Part shown: in pieces, positions 53,904 through 63,432 of the stretch
Numbering within the stretch: position 1 is the stretch's first letter
Layout of the letters: each line of letters begins with the position of its first letter
The notes under the pieces: model-generated
Databases searched by the model: none
What the model was told of the DNA's origin: nothing
What the model saw: only the letters and a program-made list of their open reading frames with translations
Translations under genes and position numbers: made by a program
Assembly (NCBI GenBank): GCA_963727905.1
Contig: CAVSIC010000029.1
Location: 2,953-66,952, forward strand
Length of the DNA: 64,000 bases
Direction: 5' to 3'
From: an uncultured Microthrixaceae bacterium
GTDB taxonomy: Bacteria > Actinomycetota > Acidimicrobiia > Acidimicrobiales > VFJN01

Positions 53904-56591
53904 TCACCCGCGGTCGTAGAAGCGCCGTTCGACGATGCGGCGGGCCCGACGGGTGACCCGCCGGTACTCGGTGCGGAGGTCGGTGACCGTGAGCCCGAGC
54001 GACCGGGCCAGGGGCGTGGCCTTCTCGGGCGCGATCGGCAGGGCGTCGCCCGGACCGACCACGAGGAAGCTGCGGTTCCGGGCCCGCTCGCAGAACCGAT
54101 ATGCCTCGGCGAGGACGTCGGCCTCCTCGAGCGGGAGGTGTCCGGCTTCCACCAGCGCGTCGAGGGCGCCCAAGGTGCGGGCGCCCGGCACGCCGTGGCG
54201 GAGCTGCAGCAGCTGGACCGTGAACTCGATGTCCGACAGGGAGCCGCGACCGAGCTTGAGGTGGAACTCCGGGTCCTCCCCCGGCGCCAGCCGCTCCTGC
54301 TCGATGCGCACCTTCATGCGCCGCACCTCGCGGACGTCGTCGTCGGCGAACGGTCGAGACCAGATCGCGTCGTGGATCTGGTTCACGAGCCGGTCGCCGA
54401 GCTCCTCGGCCCCTGCCACCGCTCGGACCCGCAGGTAGGCCTGGCGCTCCCAGGTCGAGGCCCAGCGCGCGAGGTAGGCCTTCCACCCCTCGAAGCTGCG
54501 GGCCAGCGGGCCGTTGCGGCCCTCGGGCCGGATCGACGCGTCCAGCGTCCAGACGCGCTCCGCCGGCGTACCCCCGCCGAGGAACCGGAGCAGGCCGGCC
54601 GCCACCCGCTCGGCCTCCGCGGCATCCGCCTCGCCGACGCCGTCGTGGACGAAGGCGACGTCGAGGTCGCTCGCGTACCCGAGCTCGGCGCCGCCGAGGC
54701 GCCCGAACGCCACGACCGCCACCGGCACCTTCGGCGCCAGCTCCTCGAGCGCCGCCTCGAGCGACGCCTCCGCCAGCACCGAGAGGTCCGAGCCGACGAC
54801 GTCGACGGAGGCGTGGTCGAACAGGTCGCGGGCAGCGATCCCGAGGAGGTTCCGGCGCTGCCACCGCTGCAGCGCGCGCTGGCGCTCCTCGGGCTCGGCC
54901 CGCCATGCGAGACCGGCGCGGGCACTCGCGACCAGGGACGCCCAGCCCTGCGTCTGCAGCCGCTCCGGCACGGGCAGCCGCTCGATGAGGTCGGGGTTGG
55001 CCACGAGGATGTCGCCGAGCTGCCGGCTGGAGCCGAGGAGCAGCGCGAGGTGCCGGGCGACCTCCGGCGATTCGCGGAACTCGCTGGCCAGGGCGCGCGA
55101 CCGGCCCTCGCCCGAGGCGAGGCGCCGCAGGCCGAGCAGCCCCAGGTCGGGGTCGGGCGCCGCGGAGAGCCAGTCGAGGAGCAGCGGCAGCAGCTGCTGC
55201 ATCATCCGGGACGACCGCGTGAGGCCGCGGGTCAGCTCGCGCACCGCCTGTCGGGTCCGCTCGAGGTCGGTGAAGCCGAACGCCTCCAGCCGGTCGGCCG
55301 CCGCCTCCTCGCCGAGGGCGCCCGCTCCCGCCAGCGCCTCGAGGAGCGGGCGGAACCAGACGCGCTCGTGGACCGTTCGCACCTTGGCGCGCCGCCGGAG
55401 GAGGTCACGGTCGAGCTGGTGCGTGGGACCGCCCTCCGGGTTGCCCTGGTAGCCGAGGATCCGGGCGATGCGGCGCCGCTCCTCGCGGTCGGCGGGGACC
55501 GTGTGCGTCTGCCGCTCCTCGTCGAGCTGCAGCGCGTGCTCGACCCGGCGCAGGAACCGGTAGGACTCCGCGAGGTCGTCGGCGTCGCCGTGGTCGACGT
55601 ACCCGCCGCGGGCGAGGGCCTCGAGCGCTTCGAGCGTGCCCCGGGCGCGAAGGGTGGGGTCCTCCCCGCCGTGCACCAGCTGCAGCAGCTGGGCCGAGAA
55701 CTCGACGTCGCGGATGCCGCCCGGGCCTCGCTTCACCTCGCGCTCCGCGACCCCGCGGCGGCGGACCTCGTCCTCCGCCTTCACCTTGAGCGCCCGCACG
55801 TGGCGCAGGTCGTCGGCGTCGAACGGCACCCCCCACACGGCCGCCTCGGCGGCGGCCGACCACTGGGCGCCCAGCTTCGCGTCGCCGGCCACCATCCGGG
55901 CCTTGAGGAGGGCCTGGCGCTCCCAGGCATCGGCCCACCGCCGCCAGTACGCCTCGAACGCGTCGACGCTCCGGACGAGCGAGCCGTCGCGGCCCTCCGG
56001 TCGCAGGTTCGCGTCGACCCGGAAGCACCGGGCGGCGACCTCGAGGACGGCCCGGCCGGCGCGCTCGAGCCGCTGCGGATCCCCCTCGCCGACGAGCAGG
56101 AGGTCGACATCGCTGGCGTAGTTGAGCTCGCGACCGCCGAGCTTCCCCATCCCCACCACCGCGAGTCGGTCGTCCTGGAGCTCCGAGCGGGCGTGGCCGA
56201 GCGCGGCGTCGAGGACGTCCGTGGCGAGGTCGGACAGGGCCAGGACGACCTGCTCGAGGTCCAGCGCGCCGACGAGGTCCGCTCCCGCGATCCGCAGCAG
56301 CTCGCGCCGCTTCCACCGGACCAGGTCGGCGACGTCGGCGACGCCGGCGCCGGACGGCGGGACGCTCGGGCGCGGCGCGGTCGGGCGCAGCAGGTCGATC
56401 GCCTCGTTGTCCTCCCGCAGCGTCCCGGCCAGGCTCCGGCTGGCCGCCAGCACGGCGACCACCCGGGCGGCGAGCCCCCCGTCCGAGTCGAGGATCTCGA
56501 GGAGGTCGGGTCGATCGCCCGACCACAGGTCGAGCGCGACCCGCACGCGGTCGGGGTCGGCCGAGCGCTCGACGAGCGCGCCCCCACCCAT
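53904..56591 (-). CDS. glnE: bifunctional glutamine synthetase adenylyltransferase / adenylyl-removing enzyme
   Basis: This 895-aa ORF has two tandem NTase modules. The first is LAVVGMGKLGGRELNYASDVDLLLV...FRVDANLRPEGRDGSLV. The second is VAVVAFGRLGGAELGYASDLDVAFV...WTLDASIRPEGRNGPLA. The flanking GlnE helical domains read GGIRDVEFSAQLLQLVHG and GSLSDIEFTVQLLQL. Confidence 0.93.
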   Translation of the reverse strand: MGGGALVERSADPDRVRVALDLWSGDRPDLLEILDSDGGLAARVVAVLAASRSLAGTLREDNEAIDLLRPTAPRPSVPPSGAGVADVADLVRWKRRELLRIAGADLVGALDLEQVVLALSDLATDVLDAALGHARSELQDDRLAVVGMGKLGGRELNYASDVDLLLVGEGDPQRLERAGRAVLEVAARCFRVDANLRPEGRDGSLVRSVDAFEAYWRRWADAWERQALLKARMVAGDAKLGAQWSAAAEAAVWGVPFDADDLRHVRALKVKAEDEVRRRGVAEREVKRGPGGIRDVEFSAQLLQLVHGGEDPTLRARGTLEALEALARGGYVDHGDADDLAESYRFLRRVEHALQLDEERQTHTVPADREERRRIARILGYQGNPEGGPTHQLDRDLLRRRAKVRTVHERVWFRPLLEALAGAGALGEEAAADRLEAFGFTDLERTRQAVRELTRGLTRSSRMMQQLLPLLLDWLSAAPDPDLGLLGLRRLASGEGRSRALASEFRESPEVARHLALLLGSSRQLGDILVANPDLIERLPVPERLQTQGWASLVASARAGLAWRAEPEERQRALQRWQRRNLLGIAARDLFDHASVDVVGSDLSVLAEASLEAALEELAPKVPVAVVAFGRLGGAELGYASDLDVAFVHDGVGEADAAEAERVAAGLLRFLGGGTPAERVWTLDASIRPEGRNGPLARSFEGWKAYLARWASTWERQAYLRVRAVAGAEELGDRLVNQIHDAIWSRPFADDDVREVRRMKVRIEQERLAPGEDPEFHLKLGRGSLSDIEFTVQLLQLRHGVPGARTLGALDALVEAGHLPLEEADVLAEAYRFCERARNRSFLVVGPGDALPIAPEKATPLARSLGLTVTDLRTEYRRVTRRARRIVERRFYDRG

Positions 56592-56657
56592 CCCGGTCAC
56601 GACCACCGGCCCAGTCTCGCCTGCGGGCCGGCGAAGGTCGGCACGTACGCTGATGCC

Positions 56658-58280
56658 GTGCCGCGGATCCGCATCGGGCTCTGCCAGCTGAACACCCTCG
56701 TCGGCGACCTCGACGGCAACGTGGCGCGGATCCTCGCGGCCTACGACGAGGCCGAGGCGGCCGGCTGCGACCTGGCCGTGTTCCCCGAGCTGGCGATCAC
56801 CGGCTACCCACCGGAGGACCTCGTCCTCAAGCCCCGCTTCGTCGCCGCCAACCGCGACGCACTCGACAAGGTCGCCGCCCGCACCGGCCGCTGCGCCGCC
56901 GTGGTCGGCTTCGTCGACGACGACGGCGGTCTGCGCAACGCGGCGGCGGTGTGCGCCGAGGGCCGCGTCGTCGGGACCTACCACAAGCGGTTGCTCCCCA
57001 ACTACGCGGTGTTCGACGAGCAGCGCTACTTCGTGTCGGGCACCGCTCCGCTCCGGCTGTTCGAGATCGCGGGCGTGCAGGTGGGCCTCGCGATCTGCGA
57101 GGACGTGTGGAGCGAGAAGGGCCCGATCGCCGAGCAGGCCGCCCTCGGCGCCGACCTGATCGTGATCCCGAACGGGTCGCCCTACTTCGAGGGGCGCCAA
57201 GCCGACCGGGAGCAGCTGGTGGCCGCGACCGCCCGCGACGCCGGCTGCCCCATCGTCTACGTGAACCAGGTCGGGGGCCAGGACGAGCTCATCTTCGACG
57301 GGGCCTCGTTCGTGGTCGACGGGGGCGGCTCGCTGCTGGCCCGGGCCCCGCAGATGGTGGAGACCGTCCAGATCGTCGACCTCGACCCGGGTCCCGAGGA
57401 CCCGGCGCCGGTCGTCCACCCGCTGCTCGACCGCGTCGCCGAGGTCTACGAGGCGCTCGTGCTCGCCACACGCGACTACGTCACCAAGAACGGCTTCACC
57501 GATGTCGTCTTCGGGCTCTCCGGCGGGATCGACTCCTCCCTGGTGGCGGCGATCGCGGCCGACGCCCTCGGGCCCGAGCGCGTGCATGCCGTGTCCCTGC
57601 CGAGCCGCTACTCCTCCGACCACTCGCGAACCGATGCCGAAGCGCTGGCCGACGCCCTGGGCATCGACTTCCGCACGATCGCGATCGAGCCGATCTTCGC
57701 GGCGTTCCTCGAGCAGCTCGCCCCGAGCTTCGAGGGGCTGCCCGAGGACCTCACCGAGGAGAACCTGCAGGCCCGCATCCGCGGCACCCTCTGGATGGCG
57801 CTCTCCAACAAGTTCCGGACGTGGATGGTGCTCACCACCGGCAACAAGACCGAGCTCGCGGTCGGCTACTCCACCCTCTACGGCGACACGGCCGGCGGCT
57901 TCGCCGTGATCAAGGACGTGCCGAAGCTCCTGGTCTACGAGCTGTGCCGTCACCGCAACGCGGTCGCGGGCCGCGAGGTCATCCCGGAGTCGGTGCTGAC
58001 CAAGCCCCCGTCGGCGGAGCTGCGGCCCGACCAGCGCGATGACCAGTCCCTCCCGCCGTACGAGGTGCTCGACCCCCTGCTCGAGGCCTACGTGGAAGAC
58101 GACCTCACCCGCGCCGAGCTGATCGAGGCCGGCTTCGACGCCGCGCTCGTCGACCGCATCACCCGGCTGGTCGACGTCTCCGAGTACAAGCGCCGCCAGA
58201 ACCCGCCCGGGCCGCGCCTCACCCCCAAGGCCTTCGGCAAGGATCGACGCATGCCCATCACCAACGGCTACCGCGGGTGA
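56658..58280 (+). CDS. nadE: glutamine-dependent NAD+ synthetase (nitrilase-like domain + synthetase domain)
   Basis: The sequence reads VPRIRIGLCQLNTLVGDLDGN...DLAVFPELAITGYPPEDL...HKRLLPNYAVFDEQRYF...VGLAICEDVW, then VVFGLSGGIDSSLVAAIA (SGGxDS)...ENLQARIRGTLWMALSN...LTTGNKTELAVGYSTLYGD. Only the last 540 codons of the 1800-aa track ORF are this gene. Confidence 0.93.
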   Translation: MPRIRIGLCQLNTLVGDLDGNVARILAAYDEAEAAGCDLAVFPELAITGYPPEDLVLKPRFVAANRDALDKVAARTGRCAAVVGFVDDDGGLRNAAAVCAEGRVVGTYHKRLLPNYAVFDEQRYFVSGTAPLRLFEIAGVQVGLAICEDVWSEKGPIAEQAALGADLIVIPNGSPYFEGRQADREQLVAATARDAGCPIVYVNQVGGQDELIFDGASFVVDGGGSLLARAPQMVETVQIVDLDPGPEDPAPVVHPLLDRVAEVYEALVLATRDYVTKNGFTDVVFGLSGGIDSSLVAAIAADALGPERVHAVSLPSRYSSDHSRTDAEALADALGIDFRTIAIEPIFAAFLEQLAPSFEGLPEDLTEENLQARIRGTLWMALSNKFRTWMVLTTGNKTELAVGYSTLYGDTAGGFAVIKDVPKLLVYELCRHRNAVAGREVIPESVLTKPPSAELRPDQRDDQSLPPYEVLDPLLEAYVEDDLTRAELIEAGFDAALVDRITRLVDVSEYKRRQNPPGPRLTPKAFGKDRRMPITNGYRG

Positions 58281-58927
58281 CCGCGCCGACCGGTCCCACC
58301 GGCCCCATCACGACCGTCCTCTGGGACTTCGCCGGCGTGTGCGTGTCGTCGCCGTGGGGCGCCCTCACCGAGGCGGGAGGCGGCAACCTCGAGCTGCTCA
58401 TCGGCACCTACGACGAGGACACCGATCACCCGTGGCACCGCGTCGAGCGCGGCGAGCTGGGGATCATGGACTGGGTCACGGAGGTGACCGAGATCGGCAA
58501 GGCCGCCGGCGTCGAGCTCGACCTCTCCGTGCTGGCCAGCCTGCTCGGCGACATGGAGGTCCACGACCTCGTGATCGACCGGATCCGGCGCCTCAAGGAC
58601 GAGGGCTACCGGGTCGGCATGATCACCAACAACGTCCGCGAGGGCAGCGCGGCCTGGCGGGCCAAGATCCCCGTCGACGACCTGTTCGAGGTCGTGATCG
58701 ACAGCAGCGAGGTGGGGATGCGCAAGCCCAACCCCGCGATCTACCACCTCGCCCTCGAGCAGCTCGGCGTCACCGACCCGGCCACCGCCGTGTTCATCGA
58801 CGACGCCCTCGGCAACGTGGAGGGAGCCCGACGGGCCGGCCTGCACGGCCTCCACTTCGAGGAGGCGGTGGCCACCCTCGAGGCCCTCGACGAGCTGCTG
58901 GCACGCGAGCGGGGCTCCGCCCGCTAA
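58277..58927 (+). CDS. HAD-superfamily hydrolase (subfamily IA-like)
   Basis: TVLWDFAGV is the motif I DxxG variant context. Further pieces are GMITNNV and VFIDDALGNVEGARRAGLHGLHF. The start forms a GTGA overlap with the nadE stop. Confidence 0.7.
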   Translation: MTAPTGPTGPITTVLWDFAGVCVSSPWGALTEAGGGNLELLIGTYDEDTDHPWHRVERGELGIMDWVTEVTEIGKAAGVELDLSVLASLLGDMEVHDLVIDRIRRLKDEGYRVGMITNNVREGSAAWRAKIPVDDLFEVVIDSSEVGMRKPNPAIYHLALEQLGVTDPATAVFIDDALGNVEGARRAGLHGLHFEEAVATLEALDELLARERGSAR

Positions 58928-60423
58928 GTCGGCGCCGGCTCCTGGATCCAGACCGGGTCGGCGACGCCGCGCACCACCACTGCCCCACCGTCGACCCAGC
59001 GCTCGGCCTCGTGCGTGGCCGCCACGGCGACCGTCGCCTCGGTGGCCAGCACCCGCGCCGCTCGCCCCTTGGCGAGGTCGGTGAGCCGGGCCGCCGTGTT
59101 CACCGGGCGACCGAGGACGGTGTACTCGTAGCGCTCAGCCGCCCCGACCCGACCGGCCACGACGGTGCCGGACGCGACGCCGATCCCCACGTCGAGGTCG
59201 GGGTGGCGCGACTGGAGCCCCTGGACCTCGCCGAGGAGCGTGCGGGCGGATCGGAGGGCGCGGGTGGCGTGGTCGATGATCGTGGTGGGCGCGCCGAAGA
59301 TGCACAGCGCGCCGTCGCCGTCGAACTTGTTCACCAGCCCGCCCTCCGACTCCACCACCCGCACCACCACGTCGAAGAGGTCGTTGAGCCGGCCGACGAC
59401 CTCGGCCGGCTGGAGGCGCTCAGCCATCGCGGTGGACCCGACGACGTCGATGAAGAGCACGCTCGCCTGGCGCTGCTCGCTGCCGAGGTCCCCCTGCAGC
59501 GCGAGCTCCGCCACGTCCGCGCCGACGTGGTGGCCGAGCAGCGTCTGGAGGCGTTCGCGCTCGCGCACGCCGGCGACCATCGCGTTGAAGCCCTGCTGCA
59601 GGTGCCCGACCTCGCCGGACGCGCTGACCGGGACGGTCACGTCGACGTCGCCGTCGCCCACCCGGGTGAGCGCTCGGCGCAGGTCTCGGAGCGGTGCGGT
59701 GATGCCACGACCGGCCACCACGGTGATGCCGACGCCACCGACCAGGCCGAGCAAGGAGAGGCTGAAGATGGTCACGCCGACGTCGCTGCGATCCTCGTCG
59801 GCGGTGGTGAAGGGCAGGAGCAGGAGGGTGGTGAGCGGCACGGCCGAGCTCACCAGCCAGCCGAGGAGGAGGCGGGGCTGCAACCCGAGCCACCGCGACG
59901 GCAGCACGACGTCGCCCTCGAGGGCCCGCGCGAACACCGGTCGCCCGATGCGCTCGAGGGCGAAGGCGTTGAACGTGCTCACGAGGAGCCCGACCAGCAG
60001 CACCGTGCTGGCGGTGCGCATCAGCGCCCGACCATCGGCCCCCTGCAGGGCGAGCACGCCGCTGGTGCCGGCCGCCGCCGCGGTCCACGCGACGAGCAGC
60101 GTCAGCGCGACCCGCCCGGGGAAGCGCAAGGTGGAACGGCGCTCCCGGTCCGTGGGCGCCCGCCCCTCCGGCAGCCACCGGAGCGACCGGTAGATCCGGT
60201 CGCCGACGCGGACGCCGATCACGCCGAGGACCAGGAAGGAGATGACGCCTCCGAGGATCTCGACCTGCGCGCCCTGCTGGCAGTCGCCGCAGCCCTCCGT
60301 CGGGGACAGCACCGACAGGTAGGCGACCGCCATCACCGCCCCGAGGAGCGATGCCCCGAGCGCGAGCAGGACCGTGCGCCGGCGGAGGCGCCGCGCCAGC
60401 CGGTCGCCGTCGGGATCCTGCAT
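58924..60423 (-). CDS. membrane-bound class III adenylate/guanylate cyclase (multi-TM + HAMP + cyclase)
   Basis: TM segments are followed by a HAMP domain (RGITAPLRDLRRALTRVGDGDVDVTVPVSASGEVGHLQQGFNAMV). The cyclase domain reads ASVLFIDVVGSTAMAERL...VNKFDGDGALCIFG...VGIGVASGTVVAGRVG...YTVLGRPVNTAARL. Confidence 0.9.
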   Translation of the reverse strand: MQDPDGDRLARRLRRRTVLLALGASLLGAVMAVAYLSVLSPTEGCGDCQQGAQVEILGGVISFLVLGVIGVRVGDRIYRSLRWLPEGRAPTDRERRSTLRFPGRVALTLLVAWTAAAAGTSGVLALQGADGRALMRTASTVLLVGLLVSTFNAFALERIGRPVFARALEGDVVLPSRWLGLQPRLLLGWLVSSAVPLTTLLLLPFTTADEDRSDVGVTIFSLSLLGLVGGVGITVVAGRGITAPLRDLRRALTRVGDGDVDVTVPVSASGEVGHLQQGFNAMVAGVRERERLQTLLGHHVGADVAELALQGDLGSEQRQASVLFIDVVGSTAMAERLQPAEVVGRLNDLFDVVVRVVESEGGLVNKFDGDGALCIFGAPTTIIDHATRALRSARTLLGEVQGLQSRHPDLDVGIGVASGTVVAGRVGAAERYEYTVLGRPVNTAARLTDLAKGRAARVLATEATVAVAATHEAERWVDGGAVVVRGVADPVWIQEPAPT

Positions 60424-60477
60424 GGGAGTGATCCTCGCAGGCCCTTGCGCCTTCCGGCCCCGAGGTCTACCTTGCGA

Positions 60478-60499
60478 TACGATACGGTCTCGTTTCGTA
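60478..60499. promoter_or_regulatory. imperfect inverted repeat TACGATAC-ggtctc-GTTTCGTA upstream of the MFS-TetR operon (candidate TetR operator)
   Basis: The arms are 8 bp with one mismatch. The repeat ends 32 nt before the MFS ATG (60531) in a relatively AT-rich stretch. Confidence 0.3.
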
Positions 60500-60530
60500 A
60501 TCCGAGCTGCCTGACCCGAGGAACGACCGC

Positions 60531-62123
60531 ATGGCCACCACCACCGCTGCCCCGCCCCCCGGGTTGATCCCGTTCGACCGCGAGAGCCGCTCCTACCAGC
60601 TGCGCTGGTGGATCCTCGGCGTGCTCTGCCTGAGCCTGCTCGTGATCATCGTGGACAACTCGATCCTCAACGTGGCCATCCCCACGCTGGTGAAGGAGCT
60701 CGGCGCCACCAACAGCCAGCTCCAGTGGATGGTCGACTCGTACACGTTGGTGTTCGCCGGCCTGCTGCTCACCGCCGGGAGCCTGGGCGACCGGTTCGGC
60801 CGGCGAGGGGCACTGCAGCTCGGCATGGCCATCTTCGGGCTCGGCTCGGTGGCCAGCGCCCTGATCGACACGCCGAACCAGCTCATCGGCACCCGGGCGC
60901 TGATGGGCGTGGGCGGCGCGCTGATCATGCCGGCGACCCTGTCGATCATCACCAACGTGTTCCCGCCCGAGGAGCGGGGGCGGGCCATCGGCATGTGGGC
61001 GGCGATCGCCGGCGTGGCCACCGCGCTCGGCCCGATCAGCGGCGGCTTCCTGATCGAGCACTTCTACTGGGGCTCGATCTTCCTGGTGAACGTGCCGATC
61101 GTGGCGGTGTCGCTCGTTGCCGGGCGGCTCATCGTCCCCACGTCGAAGGACCCGTCGAAGCCGGCCCTCGACCCGCTCGGCGCGCTGCTCTCGATCGTCG
61201 GGCTCGTCGTGCTCGTCTACGGGATCATCCAGGCCCCCGAGAAGGGCTGGGGGTCCGGCGCCACGCTCGGCGCGTTCGCCGTGGGCGTCGTGGTGCTCGG
61301 CGCGTTCGCCCTGTGGGAGAGCAAGACGGCCAGCCCGATGCTCGACACGTCGTTCTTCAAGAACCCGCGCTTCACCGCCGCCAGCGTCGGGATCACGCTG
61401 CTGTTCTTCGCGATGTTCGGCTCGATCTTCCTGCAGACCCAGTACCTGCAGTTCGTCATGGACTACACGGCGCTGCAAGCCGGCGTCCGCCTCCTCCCGA
61501 TGGCGGTCACGATGCTCATCGTCGCCCCCAACGCGCCGAAGCTGGCCGAGCGGATCGGCACGAAGCTCGTGGTCGGCATGGGCCTGTCGCTCGCCACCCT
61601 GGCGATGCTGCTGATGGCGGGCCTCCCCGACCACGACATCTCCTACTGGGGCGACGTGGCCTGGCGCCTCGTGGTCTTCGCCCTCGGCATGGGCTTCACG
61701 ATGGGCCCGGCCACGGAGTCGATCATGGGCTCGCTGCCCCGCTCGAAGGCCGGCGTCGGCTCGGCGGTGAACGACACCACCCGACAGGTGGGCGGCGCGC
61801 TCGGCGTCGCGATCGTCGGCAGCGTGATGTCGTCCGCCTACGGGCACCGCATCGCGAGCGCGTTCGCGGACACGGGCGCCCCGCCCCAGGCCGTGGAGGT
61901 CGCGCGCGACGGGCTCGGGCAGGCGCTCGAGGTCATCCGCCAGGCCCCCATCAGCATCGCCGCCACCGAGCGGATCACCGAGGCGGCGAAGGAGGCCTTC
62001 GTGTTCGGCCTCCACCGCGGCGTGCTCGTGGGCGCGGCGGCGGCCTTCGTCGGCGCGGTGGTCGCGTTCGTGGCCCTGCCGGCCGAGGCCGGCGAGGACC
62101 CCGGCCACGGCGGTGGTGGTTGA
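60531..62123 (+). CDS. MFS transporter, DHA2 (EmrB/QacA) drug:H+ antiporter type
   Basis: This is a 530-aa ORF. WWILGVLCLSLLVIIVDNSILNVAIPTLVKELGATNSQLQWMVDSYTLVFAGLLLTAGSLGDRFGRRGAL...TRALMGVGGALIMPATLSII is DHA2-like, and I count 14 hydrophobic segments by eye. Confidence 0.9.
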   Translation: MATTTAAPPPGLIPFDRESRSYQLRWWILGVLCLSLLVIIVDNSILNVAIPTLVKELGATNSQLQWMVDSYTLVFAGLLLTAGSLGDRFGRRGALQLGMAIFGLGSVASALIDTPNQLIGTRALMGVGGALIMPATLSIITNVFPPEERGRAIGMWAAIAGVATALGPISGGFLIEHFYWGSIFLVNVPIVAVSLVAGRLIVPTSKDPSKPALDPLGALLSIVGLVVLVYGIIQAPEKGWGSGATLGAFAVGVVVLGAFALWESKTASPMLDTSFFKNPRFTAASVGITLLFFAMFGSIFLQTQYLQFVMDYTALQAGVRLLPMAVTMLIVAPNAPKLAERIGTKLVVGMGLSLATLAMLLMAGLPDHDISYWGDVAWRLVVFALGMGFTMGPATESIMGSLPRSKAGVGSAVNDTTRQVGGALGVAIVGSVMSSAYGHRIASAFADTGAPPQAVEVARDGLGQALEVIRQAPISIAATERITEAAKEAFVFGLHRGVLVGAAAAFVGAVVAFVALPAEAGEDPGHGGGG

Positions 62124-62710
62124 ACGACGTCGCCACCGACCGGCCGCTCGGTCGGCCCCGGTCGCCCGAGCTCGACGAGGCGCTGCTCGAGGCAACCCTC
62201 GAGGAGTACGCGGCCCGCGGCTTCGACGGGCTGAGCATCGAGGCGGTGGCCGCCCGGGCCGGCTCCGGCAAGGCGGCCATCTACCGCCGCTACGGCTCGA
62301 AGCTCGCGCTCGTCGCCGCCGCGATGTACCGGTCGGGCGAGCACAAGCCGACGCCCGACGGCGGCTCGATCGAGGCGGACCTCCGCGGCCTGACCGACCA
62401 CCTGCACGACCTGGTCAACGACCCGACGCTCGGCGCCTGCCTCCGGCACATGGCCGCCGACGCCCCGGCCAACCCCGAGCTGGCCTCGGTCCACGACGCC
62501 TTCGTCCAGGACCGGCGGGCCGGCACCAAGCTCGTCCTCCAGCGGGGCATCGACCGGGGCGAGCTCCGGCCCGACCTCGACCTCGAGCTGGCCTGCGACC
62601 TGCTCACCGGCCCGGTGTTCCTCCGCCACCTCATGTCGCACATGCCCGTCGACCTCCCCTACCTCGACCAGCTGCGGTCCGAGTTCCTGCGCCTCTGTTC
62701 CACTGCTTGA
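62120..62710 (+). CDS. TetR/AcrR-family regulator co-oriented with the MFS gene (start approximate, TTG 62120 overlapping the MFS stop)
   Basis: The sequence reads RPRSPELDEALLEATLEEYAARGFDGLSIEAVAARAGSGKAAIYRRYGSKLALVAAAMY... and ends LRLCSTA. Confidence 0.8.
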   Translation: MNDVATDRPLGRPRSPELDEALLEATLEEYAARGFDGLSIEAVAARAGSGKAAIYRRYGSKLALVAAAMYRSGEHKPTPDGGSIEADLRGLTDHLHDLVNDPTLGACLRHMAADAPANPELASVHDAFVQDRRAGTKLVLQRGIDRGELRPDLDLELACDLLTGPVFLRHLMSHMPVDLPYLDQLRSEFLRLCSTA

Positions 62711-62772
62711 CCGGGCGGTCCAGGGAGGGCAGGCTGTCCTCGATAACGGTCGTTCTTGAGGGGGCACGGCAG

Positions 62773-63432
62773 GTGGTCGATCCGAGGAAGCCCAGGGCTC
62801 CGTTCGCGCCGTGGGATCGGCGCGAGATCCCGGGGATCTTCACCGTCGAGGAGTCCGCGCGGCGCGTCGGCCACTACAAGTGGATCGAGATGCGCCTGTT
62901 CGAGGTGCTGGGCGGCTGGGTGGCCACCGTCCCCGAGCTCGACGTGAAGCTGCGGCTGGGCACGCACTGCTACCACCACGCCTGGCACGCGGAGCTGTGG
63001 CACAAGCGCCTGCCGGAGCTGCGGGAGATGAACCCCGATCGCCTCACGGTGCCGCCGAACGACGAGCTGGTGGCCTTCGTCGACGCCCTCACCGAGCCCG
63101 AGGGCCCGGAGCTCACCATCGAGAAGCTGGTCGGCGCCTACCGCGTGCTCATCCCGGCGAAGATCGCCGCGTACACGTACCACCTGAACAACACGTCGGC
63201 GATCACCGACGCCCCGACGCAGCGGTCGATCACCTTCATCCTCCAGGACGAGTTCAACGACTGGCGGGACGGCGAGATGATGATCCAGTCCCTGATCACC
63301 GACGAGACCGAGCTGCAGCGGGCCGTCGACCACCAGGGCAAGCTGCAGAAGCTCCTCCTCGCGGCCGGCGGCATCGCCGGCCCCGGCACCATCGGCGACC
63401 CGTACGCCACCGAACAGGAGACCAACGCATGA
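62773..63432 (+). CDS. uncharacterised helical protein with ferritin-like (ExxH) signatures
   Basis: The sequence reads VVDPRKPRAPFAPWDRREIPGIFTVEESARRVGHYKWIEMRLFEVLGGW...GTHCYHHAWHAELWHKRLPEL...TFILQDEFNDWRDGE. The GTG is preceded by GAGGGGG. The stop overlaps the next ATG (ATGA). Confidence 0.5.
   Translation: MVDPRKPRAPFAPWDRREIPGIFTVEESARRVGHYKWIEMRLFEVLGGWVATVPELDVKLRLGTHCYHHAWHAELWHKRLPELREMNPDRLTVPPNDELVAFVDALTEPEGPELTIEKLVGAYRVLIPAKIAAYTYHLNNTSAITDAPTQRSITFILQDEFNDWRDGEMMIQSLITDETELQRAVDHQGKLQKLLLAAGGIAGPGTIGDPYATEQETNA

Noticed and set aside
52878-58280. 1800-aa plus-strand ORF, the longest in the window
   Set aside because: Only its last ~540 codons (from GTG 56658) are nadE. The first ~1260 codons run antisense to the well-supported esterase and glnE genes. 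They translate to Arg/Gly/Pro/Asp-rich low-complexity sequence. This is a typical stop-free shadow frame of a very GC-rich genome.
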